From: Hyphomicrobiales bacterium
GTDB taxonomy: Bacteria > Pseudomonadota > Alphaproteobacteria > Rhizobiales > TMED25
DNA: 64,000 nucleotides
Direction: 5' to 3'
NCBI GenBank assembly: GCA_965204565.1
Contig: CBDBEU010000005.1
Span: forward strand, 324,366 to 388,365
Shown: positions 19,458 to 29,256 of the stretch, one piece after another
Layout: each line of letters begins with the position of its first letter
How positions within the stretch are numbered: the stretch's first letter is position 1
Made by a program: the position numbers and the translations under genes
The notes under the pieces: generated by a model
What the model saw: the letters and a program-made list of their open reading frames with translations, nothing else
Databases searched by the model: none
What the model was told of the DNA's origin: nothing

Positions 19458-20966
19458 ATGATCGTTGATGCGATTCTCCATGTGCTGTCGCTCTATCTGT
19501 TGATCGTCACGCTGGCCGGCGTGTCGTTGGGGATCGTTTGGGGTGCGCTGCCGGGGCTGTCGACAACCATGGCGATGGGTCTGTTGATCGGGCTTTCGGC
19601 AGGCATGTCTCAGGACACGGCGCTGTGCTTCATGCTCGGCGTCTATACGGGAAGCGTATTTGGCGGAGCCATTTCAGCCGTTCTGATTAATATTCCAGGT
19701 ACTCCCGATGCGGTTCCCACCATGATCGAAGGTCATGCGCTGGCGCGGCGTGGTGAGGGGGGGCAAGCACTCGGTATGGCGATTGCCGCATCGTTCCTCG
19801 GCAATTGGGTTGGTATCATCCTGTTGGTCGGTTTTATTCCGGTCATTCTGACTTTTGCGCTCAATTTCAAGTCTTGGGAAATGTTCCTGCTTGCCATTAT
19901 CGGCATATCGGTTTGCGGTTCGATGGCATCGGGTGAGATGCCGCTCAAGGGCTGGATTTCAGGCTGGCTCGGGCTGCTTGTTGCCTTTGTCGGGCTCGAT
20001 CTGATCCACGGTGTGCCGCGTTTTACCTTCGGTGCATGGCAACTTCTTGATGGCATCAACTATGTCGCGATCCTGATAGGTTTGTTCGGCTTGGCCGAAA
20101 TTCTGCGGGTTCTGCCGCAAAAGACCCAATACACAATCCCATCAAATGTCGGTCGGGTGATTCCGTCCCTCTCTCACCTCATGCGCCATGTGCGCACCGG
20201 TATCAGATCAGGTCTGATCGGTACCGTGATTGGTGCCATTCCAGGTGCTGGAGCAAATGTCGCATCGTTCCTGTCCTATGATGTTGCGCGCCGCCGCGCC
20301 AAGCCGGAGGAGCGGGCGAAATGGGGAAGGGGCAGCTATGACGCAATCATCTCTGCGGAAGTTGCCAACAATGCCAATATTGGCGGCTCGATGCTGCCGA
20401 CCCTGGCGCTAGGTATTCCTGGAAATGCTGCGGCAGCGGCACTTCTTGCGGCGCTGACTTTGAAGAATGTGGTTGTCGGTCCGACTATCAATATTGATCA
20501 TCCAGGACTGATTTATTTCATCTACGCTGCTCTGGTTGTGGCGAATCTCCTGATGTATGGCGCTGCGATCGCCTTGATCAAACCTTGCGTGAAACTGTTC
20601 AGCCTACCGCGCGGTCTTTTGATGCCGCTCATTATTCCGGTCTGTGTGATTGGCGCTTATGCGGTGCGGCTCAATATGTTGGATGTGTGGATCATGTTTG
20701 CCGCGGGGTTGTTCGGCTACATGCTGAATTTTTTTCGCTTCCCGACTGCGCCCGTGGTGTTGGGGGTGATTTTAGGCCCATTGGCAGATGAGAATCTACG
20801 CAGGGCGCTTTTTGTTTTCGAAGACAAGACAATCGGTTATGTCCTGTCTCAATATGTGGGAACGGTTCTTGTGATCCTCATGGGCGGCGTTTTCGCCGAG
20901 GGCATGTGGCGCGGGTGGCGCAACCGCAAGCAAGCAAGACATCAAAATGAAGAGGCCGGAGCGTGA
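19458..20966 (+). CDS. tctA: tripartite tricarboxylate transporter permease TctA
   Basis: 502 aa from ATG 19458. Polytopic, with family motifs GALPGLSTTMAM, NIPGTPDAV and GIPGNAAAA. Confidence 0.85.
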   Translation: MIVDAILHVLSLYLLIVTLAGVSLGIVWGALPGLSTTMAMGLLIGLSAGMSQDTALCFMLGVYTGSVFGGAISAVLINIPGTPDAVPTMIEGHALARRGEGGQALGMAIAASFLGNWVGIILLVGFIPVILTFALNFKSWEMFLLAIIGISVCGSMASGEMPLKGWISGWLGLLVAFVGLDLIHGVPRFTFGAWQLLDGINYVAILIGLFGLAEILRVLPQKTQYTIPSNVGRVIPSLSHLMRHVRTGIRSGLIGTVIGAIPGAGANVASFLSYDVARRRAKPEERAKWGRGSYDAIISAEVANNANIGGSMLPTLALGIPGNAAAAALLAALTLKNVVVGPTINIDHPGLIYFIYAALVVANLLMYGAAIALIKPCVKLFSLPRGLLMPLIIPVCVIGAYAVRLNMLDVWIMFAAGLFGYMLNFFRFPTAPVVLGVILGPLADENLRRALFVFEDKTIGYVLSQYVGTVLVILMGGVFAEGMWRGWRNRKQARHQNEEAGA

Positions 20967-22090
20967 AAGCCAAGAGCAAAGAAATCGGACTTGCGGTGGT
21001 GGGATGCGGGACAATCGGGCGCATACGCGCTGAGTTGGCGCGGGATTATCCCGGGGTCGGCTGGGTCGGTTTATGCGACATCAAAGCTGAAGTCGGTGAG
21101 GAACTGAAGCGCGATTGTGACGCCGACTTCTTCACCACTGACTACAACGAACTGATCGCGCGTCCAGAGGTGAACGCGGTTATTATTGCCACGGAAGAAA
21201 ACCTCCACGTTGGTCCGACCATGGCGGCGATTGAGCGTGGGCATGCATTGTTCATCGAAAAGCCACTCGCTACGGATGCGCGTGAGTCGCAAACAATCTT
21301 TGATGCGATTGAGGCGGCCGACATCGACTGTGTGATTGGGTATACGCAGCGCTTTCGTCGGCGTTTCCTGGCGATCAAGGAAAAGCTGGTGACCGGTCAG
21401 ATCGGGCATGTTCATTCGGTGGTCACGCGTGCCTTCATGAACCGCATGGTGCCGATCGCTACCGTTTCCAAGACCAATGAGCGTGCCAATCTGACGCCGA
21501 TGGTGGTCTCAGGCACACACAGCCTCGACATGTCGATGTGGCTGATGGAGGGAAAGACGCCGGTTTCGGTCTATGCGCGGTCAGTTGACCAAGTGCTGTC
21601 ACGCTGGGGTACCAAGGATTCAACCTTCGGCATTTTCACCATGGATGACGGCACAATCTGGTCAATGAACATATCATGGGCACTGCCGGAGGTATGGCCG
21701 GGCTCAGTGTACGGACTTGAGATCGGTATTGTCGGTACCGAGGGTGTGATCGATATCGAGGATACCCACCGCGATCTGGTGTTAGCTTCAAACGTCAAGC
21801 AGGGGGCCGGTTATGCGACCCGTGACTACACACCACCGGCGGCGCGCCATGTGGACTTCCTTACCTCCTATCCGCCGGGGGATATGCAGGGCGGTCAGCT
21901 TTGGGGGCCGATGCGCGAAGAGACCAATGCCTGGTATCAGCATCTATGCACCGGCCAGTCGACGCCGCACGCAACCGCCCGCGACGGTCACAACAATTTG
22001 CTATTGACCATGGCGATGGATTTGTCGGCGCGCACCGGTAAGGAGGTAGAATTTCCGGTCGCGGCAGATGTGCTGATGGAGGCCATTTGA
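20963..22090 (+). CDS. Gfo/Idh/MocA-family oxidoreductase (second copy)
   Basis: GTG start overlaps the tctA stop (GTGA). Contains LAVVGCGTIGR and FIEKPLA. Distant paralog of 16562-17623. Confidence 0.8.
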   Translation: MKAKSKEIGLAVVGCGTIGRIRAELARDYPGVGWVGLCDIKAEVGEELKRDCDADFFTTDYNELIARPEVNAVIIATEENLHVGPTMAAIERGHALFIEKPLATDARESQTIFDAIEAADIDCVIGYTQRFRRRFLAIKEKLVTGQIGHVHSVVTRAFMNRMVPIATVSKTNERANLTPMVVSGTHSLDMSMWLMEGKTPVSVYARSVDQVLSRWGTKDSTFGIFTMDDGTIWSMNISWALPEVWPGSVYGLEIGIVGTEGVIDIEDTHRDLVLASNVKQGAGYATRDYTPPAARHVDFLTSYPPGDMQGGQLWGPMREETNAWYQHLCTGQSTPHATARDGHNNLLLTMAMDLSARTGKEVEFPVAADVLMEAI

Positions 22091-22213
22091 CCGACACCAA
22101 CTGATGCGAGCGCATTTGCCCGCAACTCCAGTGCAATAAGCTCGCATGCCGGAAATGAGGATCTTTCGGGTTGCACAGAACGGTCGGCGTGACGGTTTTG
22201 TGGAATTCGCGCC

Positions 22214-23143
22214 CTAGCTGCGTCCGCTGTCAAATGCCGCGAGCAGGCTCGCATCAAACTTGGCTCGTTCGGCCTCGACTACCGGGCCGACAGCCTCGGC
22301 GAAGGCCGCCCGCTCATCATCGCTGAGCGTAGTAATCTCGGTGCCCACTGAGGTGAGGCGCTTGGTGCATTCATCATCAATCTCGGTGGCGAAGCGGCGC
22401 TGGGCGGCGGTTGCCTCAACCATTGCTCTATTGAGTGCCTGATGGACGCTATCAGGCCAGGAATCATAGGCCTTGGCATTTGCTAAAACCGCTGAAATGC
22501 CAAACAGATGGCCAGTCGGGGTGATGAAGCGATGATAGCGTTCGAGCCCGTAATTGACGATATTGGTCAGCGGATTTTCCTGGGCATCGATGCTGCCGCT
22601 TTTTGCTGCTTCCCCCAGATCCTTGACGTCGATAAATATCGGCTCGAATCCGATCGCGCGAAAGGCGTCCTGATGGATTTGGTTGCGCGCGGTACGCATC
22701 TTCAGGCTGGCGCAATCGGCCGGCGTGCGAATGGTATGTCGGCCGTTCGACAGGTGTCGGATACCGTTGTCCCAATAGGCAAGCAGACGATAGCCGGTCT
22801 TGGCGGCGATGGCGCCTGCGAGAGCCTCGCCGATCTCACCATCAAGCAGAGAATATCCGGCTTTGCGGCCACTGATCTGGAAAGGTAGTTCGAACAGGCC
22901 GAGTTCCGACACCCGTTCGGTGAGATAACTTGAGTAGAAATAGCAGATGTCGAAATCGCCAGCCTCGAGCAAGTCGAGAATTTCAAACGCTTTGTAGCCA
23001 AGCTCGCCGATATCGGGGTCGAATTTGAATTCGACCGCATCGCCAAGTTCACGCTTGAGTTCTGACCTCAATACTTCGACGGCGCGGGCCTGAACCGATG
23101 TTGTGGGATGGTAGCCAACGAAATGGATTTTGGTGGGAGTCAT
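22214..23143 (-). CDS. TRAP-type DctP-family solute-binding protein homolog without signal peptide
   Basis: About 309 aa from ATG 23143. DctP-like pattern (YWDNGIRHLSN, MRTARNQIHQDAFRAIG, AQENPLTNI). The protein begins directly in the mature domain. No dctQ/dctM nearby. Confidence 0.65.
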   Translation of the reverse strand: MTPTKIHFVGYHPTTSVQARAVEVLRSELKRELGDAVEFKFDPDIGELGYKAFEILDLLEAGDFDICYFYSSYLTERVSELGLFELPFQISGRKAGYSLLDGEIGEALAGAIAAKTGYRLLAYWDNGIRHLSNGRHTIRTPADCASLKMRTARNQIHQDAFRAIGFEPIFIDVKDLGEAAKSGSIDAQENPLTNIVNYGLERYHRFITPTGHLFGISAVLANAKAYDSWPDSVHQALNRAMVEATAAQRRFATEIDDECTKRLTSVGTEITTLSDDERAAFAEAVGPVVEAERAKFDASLLAAFDSGRS

Positions 23144-23346
23144 GACATGGTCCTGAAAACATAATGCCGCCAAGCTACCGCGTGCGAGCGGTGGTGTGAT
23201 ATATCACTGGCGATAATTTTTTGTCTGGCGCAAATGACCGAGCTCTTGCGTGTTCTGCGGGCTCTACAGTGGTTCGTGCTAGATTGAACGACAGAAGAAA
23301 TATCCGCCGGCGCGGTCCAAGCGCACGGGGACAGGGGAGAGACATC

Positions 23347-24087
23347 ATGGATAACGGCATCTGGTCGACTTGGTACGACTTGGCCGAGGGTGCGCGTGCG
23401 GAGCATCATCAATGGCTACACTGTACTTACCTGCCCGCACTTGTCCAGCACCCCGGCATCGCTTGGGCGGCTCACTATCAGCATGTCGGCGGCGGCGAGG
23501 CGATGCAGGCGCTGGGTGAGCGGTTGCCGCGGGGACCAAGGGAAGAAATGGGCACCGGAACCCAATTTGTCATTCTGGTCGGTGCGGCCTCGCCGCATGT
23601 GTTCTTCAGATCGGGTTCGCCGATCTATGAAGCCAATCAGGATTCTGAAACGCGCCGGCGATTGGCCGAGCGCGACGGTGCCAGGCCTTGTGTGTTTGTC
23701 GAGGAAGAACGGGCGACCGGGCCGGAATATGGGCAATGCGATCCGGGCGGCACCACCGGCCCGGCGATCCAGACCGGCAGCTTTCGCGTTGCGACGCCGG
23801 AAGATGAGATCGATCTTGGCGGCTGGTATGCGCAATATCGCCTGCCGCATATGGCCCAGATGCCGGGTGCCATGCGCACCCGCAAGCTATCGTGCATTGC
23901 CGGTTGGGCGACCCATTCGGTGCTTTATGAGTTCACCTCGCTTGAGGCGCGGATGAAGAATTTCGAAGTGCCGCATGAAGCGCTGGCGCTGGAGGAGGGC
24001 GAGTGGACCTCGCGGGTGGTGAAATACACCATTCATGCGCCGGGTTCGCCGACGGTCGGTCAGCGGCTGTGGCCGCCGGTGGAGTAG
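23347..24087 (+). CDS. conserved hypothetical two-repeat protein (paralog of 11857-12567)
   Basis: 246 aa, SD GGGGAGAG. Collinear with the paralog, roughly 40-45% identical by eye. Confidence 0.65.
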   Translation: MDNGIWSTWYDLAEGARAEHHQWLHCTYLPALVQHPGIAWAAHYQHVGGGEAMQALGERLPRGPREEMGTGTQFVILVGAASPHVFFRSGSPIYEANQDSETRRRLAERDGARPCVFVEEERATGPEYGQCDPGGTTGPAIQTGSFRVATPEDEIDLGGWYAQYRLPHMAQMPGAMRTRKLSCIAGWATHSVLYEFTSLEARMKNFEVPHEALALEEGEWTSRVVKYTIHAPGSPTVGQRLWPPVE

Positions 24088-24452
24088 GACGTCAGTCGCG
24101 CACCACAGGCCAGTCGCGCGGTCAATTGCCAGCCTCGATCACCAGCTGCAGCGCGGCACGATTATCGGTGCCCATGGCGTTTTTGGCCTTAGTGAACAGC
24201 CGGTCCAGATCAGGGTCCGCGCGCGCGGATGAAACAGGCAAATTCTGGGGTCAGGCGCACTCCCTGCTCGCGCTCTGATCGTCTGGCAAGTTCAAGCCGG
24301 GCCGGGGTCCTCTCATGCAAGTGCGATCAGTGACATGAGGACTTGAGATCCATCCAGCGGTGTCGGACCGGGCCGTCGACCAGGATCGCCGGATTGAAGT
24401 GTCGGGAGACAGGCAGATCAGCGTTTTCTCCCCCGGCAACGGCAGTCTCGAT

Positions 24453-24632
24453 CTACGCCAGATATTCCATCGCTTTACAGAACAGAAGATTGGGATAGCA
24501 CTTGGGAAGCACGATGTATTTCCAAGCGTAGAGCATAGAAGAAAGGCCATAGAGAATCTTGGTTGTGCTGTTTTCCCGCCAGAATGCTTGACCGAGGTCC
24601 CATTCGGCGTCGGCGCAGTCGCCATCAGATAC
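24453..24632 (-). pseudogene. 3' half of a small secreted-protein gene split by the IS at 24635-25500
   Basis: Encodes VSDGDCADAEWDLGQAFWRENSTTKILYGLSSMLYAWKYIVLPKCYPNLLFCKAMEYLA*. In frame with 25503-25683 once the IS and one TA are removed. Confidence 0.6.
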
Positions 24633-24634
24633 TA

Positions 24635-25500
24635 GGTTGTCGTGGACCAAGCTTGACATGAGATTCACATTTCGATTCAGGGCTGCCTTTTGGGGGCGGC
24701 CTTGGGCGAGCGGATTGGTGTAACGGATGAGGAATGGGCGCTGATCGGGCCGCTGTTGGCGCCACATGAGATTCACATTGGAGCGCGGTCGCGGGTGCCG
24801 TCCTGCACAGGACAACCGCCTGTATTTCGAAGGCATGATGTGGATCGCGCGAACCGGAGCGCAGCGGCGGCCTCTGCGGGATGGCTATGGCAAGTGGAAC
24901 AGCATTTTCCGACGCTACCGAAGATGGGTCACGACCGGCGTGTTCGATGCGATGCTCGAGACGCTGGCCGAACTAGCGGGACGCGATGCCACCGCCGACA
25001 TGATCGATAGCACGGTGGTTCGAGCACATCATTGTGCCGTCGGCATAAAAAGGGGGCTCAGCAAACAGAGGGGCCTGGCCGGTCGCGCGGCGGCTTTACG
25101 ACCAGGCTCCACACGAGGTGCGATGCCAGAGGCCTCCCGCCCGGCTTTGTGCTGACACCTGGCCAAGCGCACGATGTGCAGGGCTTTGCACCGCTGTTCC
25201 GCATGATGACCGACCGCATTGAGGCGTTCCTCGCAGATCGCGGCTATGATGCCGATGCTATCCGCTAGGAAATCGCCGCCGCAGGCGTCGAAGCGGTGAT
25301 CTCTGCAAAGAGCAATCGTCTTGCCCCCATCACGCACGACCGGGCCAAATACAAATGGCGCAATCTCGTCGAGCGGTTGTTCAACAAACTCAAGAACTGG
25401 CGCAGGGTCGCCACCCGCTACGACAAAACCAAAGAGTCCTACCCTGGCTTCGTCGCCATCGCATCAATCAAACTCTGGATACCCCTTGTCCACGACAACC
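24635..25500 (+). mobile_element. IS5-family element (IS427-like), copy B, both ends present, transposase inactivated
   Basis: Inverted ends GGTTGTCGTGGAC (24635-24647; reverse complement at 25488-25500), flanked by TA/TA (24633-34, 25501-02). The DUF4096 and DDE parts lie in two frames. An in-frame TAG sits at 25266-25268. Confidence 0.85.
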
Positions 25501-25502
25501 TA

Positions 25503-25683
25503 ATTGTTTGTATTCCGACAGTGCAGATTCATCAAAGAGCTCTTCTGGAGGCGGAAACACAAGGTCTTTGATTGCCGAGCTGTAGCGGTCTTGGGAGAGA
25601 TAATAAGTGTCAATATGTTGTGCCTGAGACGGTGCGAAAGTCGCAAGCACGAATACGGAGGAGATACCAACAAGGAGCGTCAT
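25503..25683 (-). pseudogene. 5' half of the IS-split small secreted-protein gene
   Basis: MTLLVGISSVFVLATFAPSQAQ (signal peptide), then HIDTYYLSQDRYSSAIKDLVFPPPEELFDESALSEYKQ, running into the IS end. Confidence 0.6.
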
Positions 25684-26373
25684 TTTCCAATACGTACAAT
25701 ATTTTATACGATTGTTTATGCATTGAAACAGATCTGTCATCGAAAATTTATCCCCGCCCTCATTCCATCACAGAAAATAAGCATCGGCCTTGCAGTGATA
25801 GGAGTGAACGTCATGGCCGACGATACAGGAGAATTGTGAAAACGGATTGTCAACAACATTGATCGAACCGACGATCGAGAAAGGAACACAGGAGAACTCG
25901 CTGAAAACGCTACGCAGACAGCTTGATCAGCTTCAAGCGGATTTACGGGGTGAAGGGTCAAGACTGAGTGCTTTGGAAAGGCCTTCCCCTATGCGCAACC
26001 TGCCGCGCCTTGTAATGCCGCCCACGGTTAGCGTTGGAACGTCGGTAATTGATGCTATTGAACGCGCGCGCGCCATTGCAGCAGTAGAAGGAACAATCAA
26101 TCAGCTTCGCGCCCGGATCAGGAACGTGCAGTCCAAAATCGATCAGGCTGAGTGCCGTATCCAGGAAAAAGAACGCCTGATCCGGCAATCGCAAGGCTCG
26201 TTCAACCAGCACGATTGCTTCAGTCTGGGTTTCAGCCACGAGATGCCGAATGCGAGGTGGGGCTTGAGCGGGCCAAGAGCGTTATTCGATCTGACAGAAT
26301 CAGATCGGCGCTCTTGCTTTTTGTTTTTGCCGCATCATCTGATCGCCTGGCTTTACTTCGGCCCGATGATGCT

Positions 26374-27264
26374 CTAGCGCTCCACCAGATTGTCGAACAC
26401 CTCATAAAGATGCGAGAAGTCGGTGTCGGCCATGCCTTGGCCAAGCGCGTGGGCCAGCAGTTCGGCAGTCATGTCGCCAAACGGCGTCGGCGCGCCGATG
26501 CGATGGGATATTTCAGCTCCCATGCGCACGTCCTTTTCCAAATTGGCGACGCGCGACCGAGCATCCCAGGTGCCGGACAATATGTGCTTTGGAAAACGCA
26601 CCTCGGAGCTATAGCTCCTGGCATTGCCGGCGTTGAACACATCGATCACGGTCTTGGGGTCGATGCCGAAACGTTCGGCAGCGCGCACGCCCTCGCAATT
26701 GGCGAGGAACATGGTGTGCAGTACCATATTGTGAATGAGTTTCAGCGCGTGGCCAGCGCCTTGCGGGCCGACATGGAAGATGCGGTTTGTAAAGCAGTCG
26801 AACAGATCGGTGCAGCGTTCAATCGCGGTGGCATCGCCGCCGATCATTAGCGTCAAGGTGCCGGCATCTGCACCGGCTGCGCCACCGGTCATGCCGCAAT
26901 CAATATAGGTGACGCCGCGTTCGCTGGCCAGGGCAGCCAGCCTGCCGCTTTCGCCGGGATCAGATGTGGTGAGGTCAAGAATGATGCCGCCAGAGGTAAT
27001 CTCGCCCAACATAGCGCCGTTGCCAGTCAGACAGGACTCGATCTCCTTGGTGCTCGGCACCACGAAAACGAAACGTTTGCAGGCAGTGGCGATTTGAGCA
27101 GGCTCGCCAACGGTCACATCATTGCGGTTTTCAAACGGCTTGCGTGCGTCTTCACTGGGATCCCAGGCAGCACCAAGGAGCCCGGCCTCGTCCAGATGGC
27201 GGGCGATGCCGCTGCCCATCCGGCCAAGGCCGAGGACGGCGGTGTCACGAAGCTGCATGCTCAC
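26374..27264 (-). CDS. NAD(P)-dependent oxidoreductase, 3-hydroxyisobutyrate/6-phosphogluconate dehydrogenase-like
   Basis: 296 aa. VLGLGRMGSGIA dinucleotide fold and GGAAGADAGTLTLMIGG. GTG start overlaps the cupin stop (GTGA). Confidence 0.8.
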   Translation of the reverse strand: MSMQLRDTAVLGLGRMGSGIARHLDEAGLLGAAWDPSEDARKPFENRNDVTVGEPAQIATACKRFVFVVPSTKEIESCLTGNGAMLGEITSGGIILDLTTSDPGESGRLAALASERGVTYIDCGMTGGAAGADAGTLTLMIGGDATAIERCTDLFDCFTNRIFHVGPQGAGHALKLIHNMVLHTMFLANCEGVRAAERFGIDPKTVIDVFNAGNARSYSSEVRFPKHILSGTWDARSRVANLEKDVRMGAEISHRIGAPTPFGDMTAELLAHALGQGMADTDFSHLYEVFDNLVER

Positions 27265-27671
27265 ACCGTGACCTTGTCGCCTTGCGAGAGATGATCGACG
27301 GTCTTGCCGGTCTCGGTGAAGGTCCGTGTCACGTGAGTGGCGCCGTAGATCCAGAGGATTGTCAGCGGTCCTTCGCCGACATTATTGAAGCGGTGGGGCA
27401 CTTCGGCGGGAATGTAGGAGGTATCCATCGGCTTTAGCAGGGTTTTGACGCCGCCGCATTCGACTTCCGCGTCACCCTCGATAATCAGCACTTGCTCACA
27501 GCAATCGTGATGATGCATGGGGGCGGCACGGCCTGTCGGGAAGGTGGTAAAGCCGGATGTGAAAATCGTTCCGTCGGCATTGTCCTTGCCGAACAGAAGT
27601 GCGGTCGATACACCGTCGCCGCGGTCAAAATTGGGCCGGTCCTCGAATTTGACGATTGTTGCACCACTCAT
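27261..27671 (-). CDS. cupin-domain protein
   Basis: 136 aa. Cupin motifs PMHHHDCCEQVLIIEG and YIPAEVPHRFNN. Confidence 0.75.
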   Translation of the reverse strand: MSGATIVKFEDRPNFDRGDGVSTALLFGKDNADGTIFTSGFTTFPTGRAAPMHHHDCCEQVLIIEGDAEVECGGVKTLLKPMDTSYIPAEVPHRFNNVGEGPLTILWIYGATHVTRTFTETGKTVDHLSQGDKVTV

Positions 27672-27725
27672 GATCGGTTATCCATTGTGTCGTTTATTGA
27701 ATGACGGTCTGAAACAAATTTCGCT

Positions 27726-28016
27726 TTAGACGCCATCGACGATGACAATTTCCGCATCACCGCCGCCGCCCTTGCGATGAGCTGCTGCTGCTTGATAAGC
27801 GTCAGAGGAATGGCAGGCAACCGCGTCGGCCATGGTTGGGAACTCTGCAACCACAAATCTGGTGAAATGTTCGGAGCCTTCCATAACCTGGAATGGGCCG
27901 CCACGGGCGAGAAAGCGTCCACCAAATTGAGCGACAATATCGCCAGCGACATCGACGTAACGCTTGTAAGCGGCTGGATCATTAATTTTGGCGCGGGCAA
28001 TCCAGTAAGCGGGCAT
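27726..28016 (-). CDS. DUF1330-family protein
   Basis: 96 aa from Met MPAYWIARAKINDPAAYKRY...FGGRFLARGG...VVAEFPTMADA, the typical DUF1330 pattern. Confidence 0.7.
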   Translation of the reverse strand: MPAYWIARAKINDPAAYKRYVDVAGDIVAQFGGRFLARGGPFQVMEGSEHFTRFVVAEFPTMADAVACHSSDAYQAAAAHRKGGGGDAEIVIVDGV

Positions 28017-28150
28017 GGGTTTCTCCGGTAAAAATGACGGTTGGTGGCTCGCGGCTCTGGTCTCACTTGTTGTACAAGAGCCGGCGACATTGCCGCCAGC
28101 CGGCAATGCATCTTGCTGAATTATTATAGAGATGTGAGGGGAACAAGCCC

Positions 28151-29206
28151 ATGAGCGAGACCAGCCGGCGTGTTAGCGCCGATAGACTGGCGAATTTCAT
28201 TACAAATGCGCTGAAGGTTGCAGGATTGGCGGCAGAGGATGCTGTGAAGGTTGGCCATCTGATGTCCGAATGCGACGTCATTGGTGGCGATGCCCACGGC
28301 GTCTTTCGGCTATCTCAATATGTCCGTCGGCTAAGGGCAGGCGGCTACAATCCAATTCCCAATATACGTATTGCCAGCGAACGCACGGCAATGGCGCTAA
28401 TTGATGGTGACAATGCCATGGGCCATCTGGTGATGAGCCGGGCCGCCGAGATTGCCATTGAAAAAGCAAAGACCACCGGTATTGCGTGGGTGGGCGCGCG
28501 GTACTCAAACCATGCAGGGCCAGCCGCGATTTATGCCCGCCTGCCGCTCGCGCGCAACATGATTGGCGTTTATGTGGCGGTTGGCAGCGCCAATCATCTG
28601 CCACCTTGGGGCGGCACGGAAATGCTGCTGTCGACCAATCCAATTGCAATTGCGGTGCCGGCCCATGAGCGCCCGCCCATCGTGCTGGATATGGCAACGA
28701 CGGTTGCAGCCTATGGCAAGGTCAAGACCCATGCCCAGCGCGGCGAAGCGATGCCCGAGGGTTGGATGATCGACCGCCAGGGCAAACCTCTGACCGATGC
28801 CAGCCGGTCGGGCGATGGCTTTCTGCTGCCGATTGGCGGCCCAAAGGGCTACGGGTTATCGCTGATGTTTGGCATTCTAGCCGGCACGCTGAACGGTGCG
28901 GCGTTTGGTCGTGATGTGGTTGACTTCAATGCCGATGACACATCGATCACCAATACCGGGCATTTCATTCTTGCGGTCGATATTGAGGCTTTCTGCGACG
29001 TTGATGATTTCAAACGCGAAATTGACGCTGTGTGGTCGGAAATGAAAAGCTCGCCACTGTTGCCGGGTTTTGAGGAAATCCGGCTGCCGGGTGAACGTTC
29101 CCACCAGGTTGAGGTTGACCGGCGGGCCAACGGAGTTCCGATCCATACGGCCCTCGACAAGGCGCTCGGTGCGCTTGCCGGGGAATTGGAGATTGAAGCC
29201 CTGTGA
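28151..29206 (+). CDS. Ldh_2-family (malate/L-lactate/ureidoglycolate-type) oxidoreductase
   Basis: 351 aa. HGVFRLSQYVRRL, SNHAGPAA, STNPIAIAVP and AAYGKV motifs. Confidence 0.8.
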   Translation: MSETSRRVSADRLANFITNALKVAGLAAEDAVKVGHLMSECDVIGGDAHGVFRLSQYVRRLRAGGYNPIPNIRIASERTAMALIDGDNAMGHLVMSRAAEIAIEKAKTTGIAWVGARYSNHAGPAAIYARLPLARNMIGVYVAVGSANHLPPWGGTEMLLSTNPIAIAVPAHERPPIVLDMATTVAAYGKVKTHAQRGEAMPEGWMIDRQGKPLTDASRSGDGFLLPIGGPKGYGLSLMFGILAGTLNGAAFGRDVVDFNADDTSITNTGHFILAVDIEAFCDVDDFKREIDAVWSEMKSSPLLPGFEEIRLPGERSHQVEVDRRANGVPIHTALDKALGALAGELEIEAL

Positions 29207-29252
29207 GGACGGGAGAAAGCCGGGGCTGTGCCGTCCTCACAGGGATTTCATT
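29199..29252 (+). terminator. Rho-independent-type terminator of the Ldh_2 gene
   Basis: 14-bp perfect stem CCCTGTGAGGACGG / CCGTCCTCACAGGG (29199-29212 and 29231-29244) followed by ATTTCATT. Confidence 0.6.
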
Positions 29253-29256
29253 CAAC

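Noticed and set aside
24122-24235. LuxR-type HTH C-terminal tail (..LFTKAKNAMGTDNRAALQLVIEAGN*) on the minus strand
   Set aside because: Only about 38 codons are interpretable and the upstream frame is not coding-like. This is too short to call as a feature. It is mentioned only as a possible regulator remnant.
25847-26377. 176-aa plus-strand ORF with a coiled-coil-like middle (..LRRQLDQLQADLRGE.., ..INQLRARIRNVQSKIDQAECRIQEKERLIRQ..)
   Set aside because: It has only a TTG start and no SD. Its 3' end overlaps the dehydrogenase gene end and no family was recognised. It could be real in this AT-richer islet, but I cannot support it.
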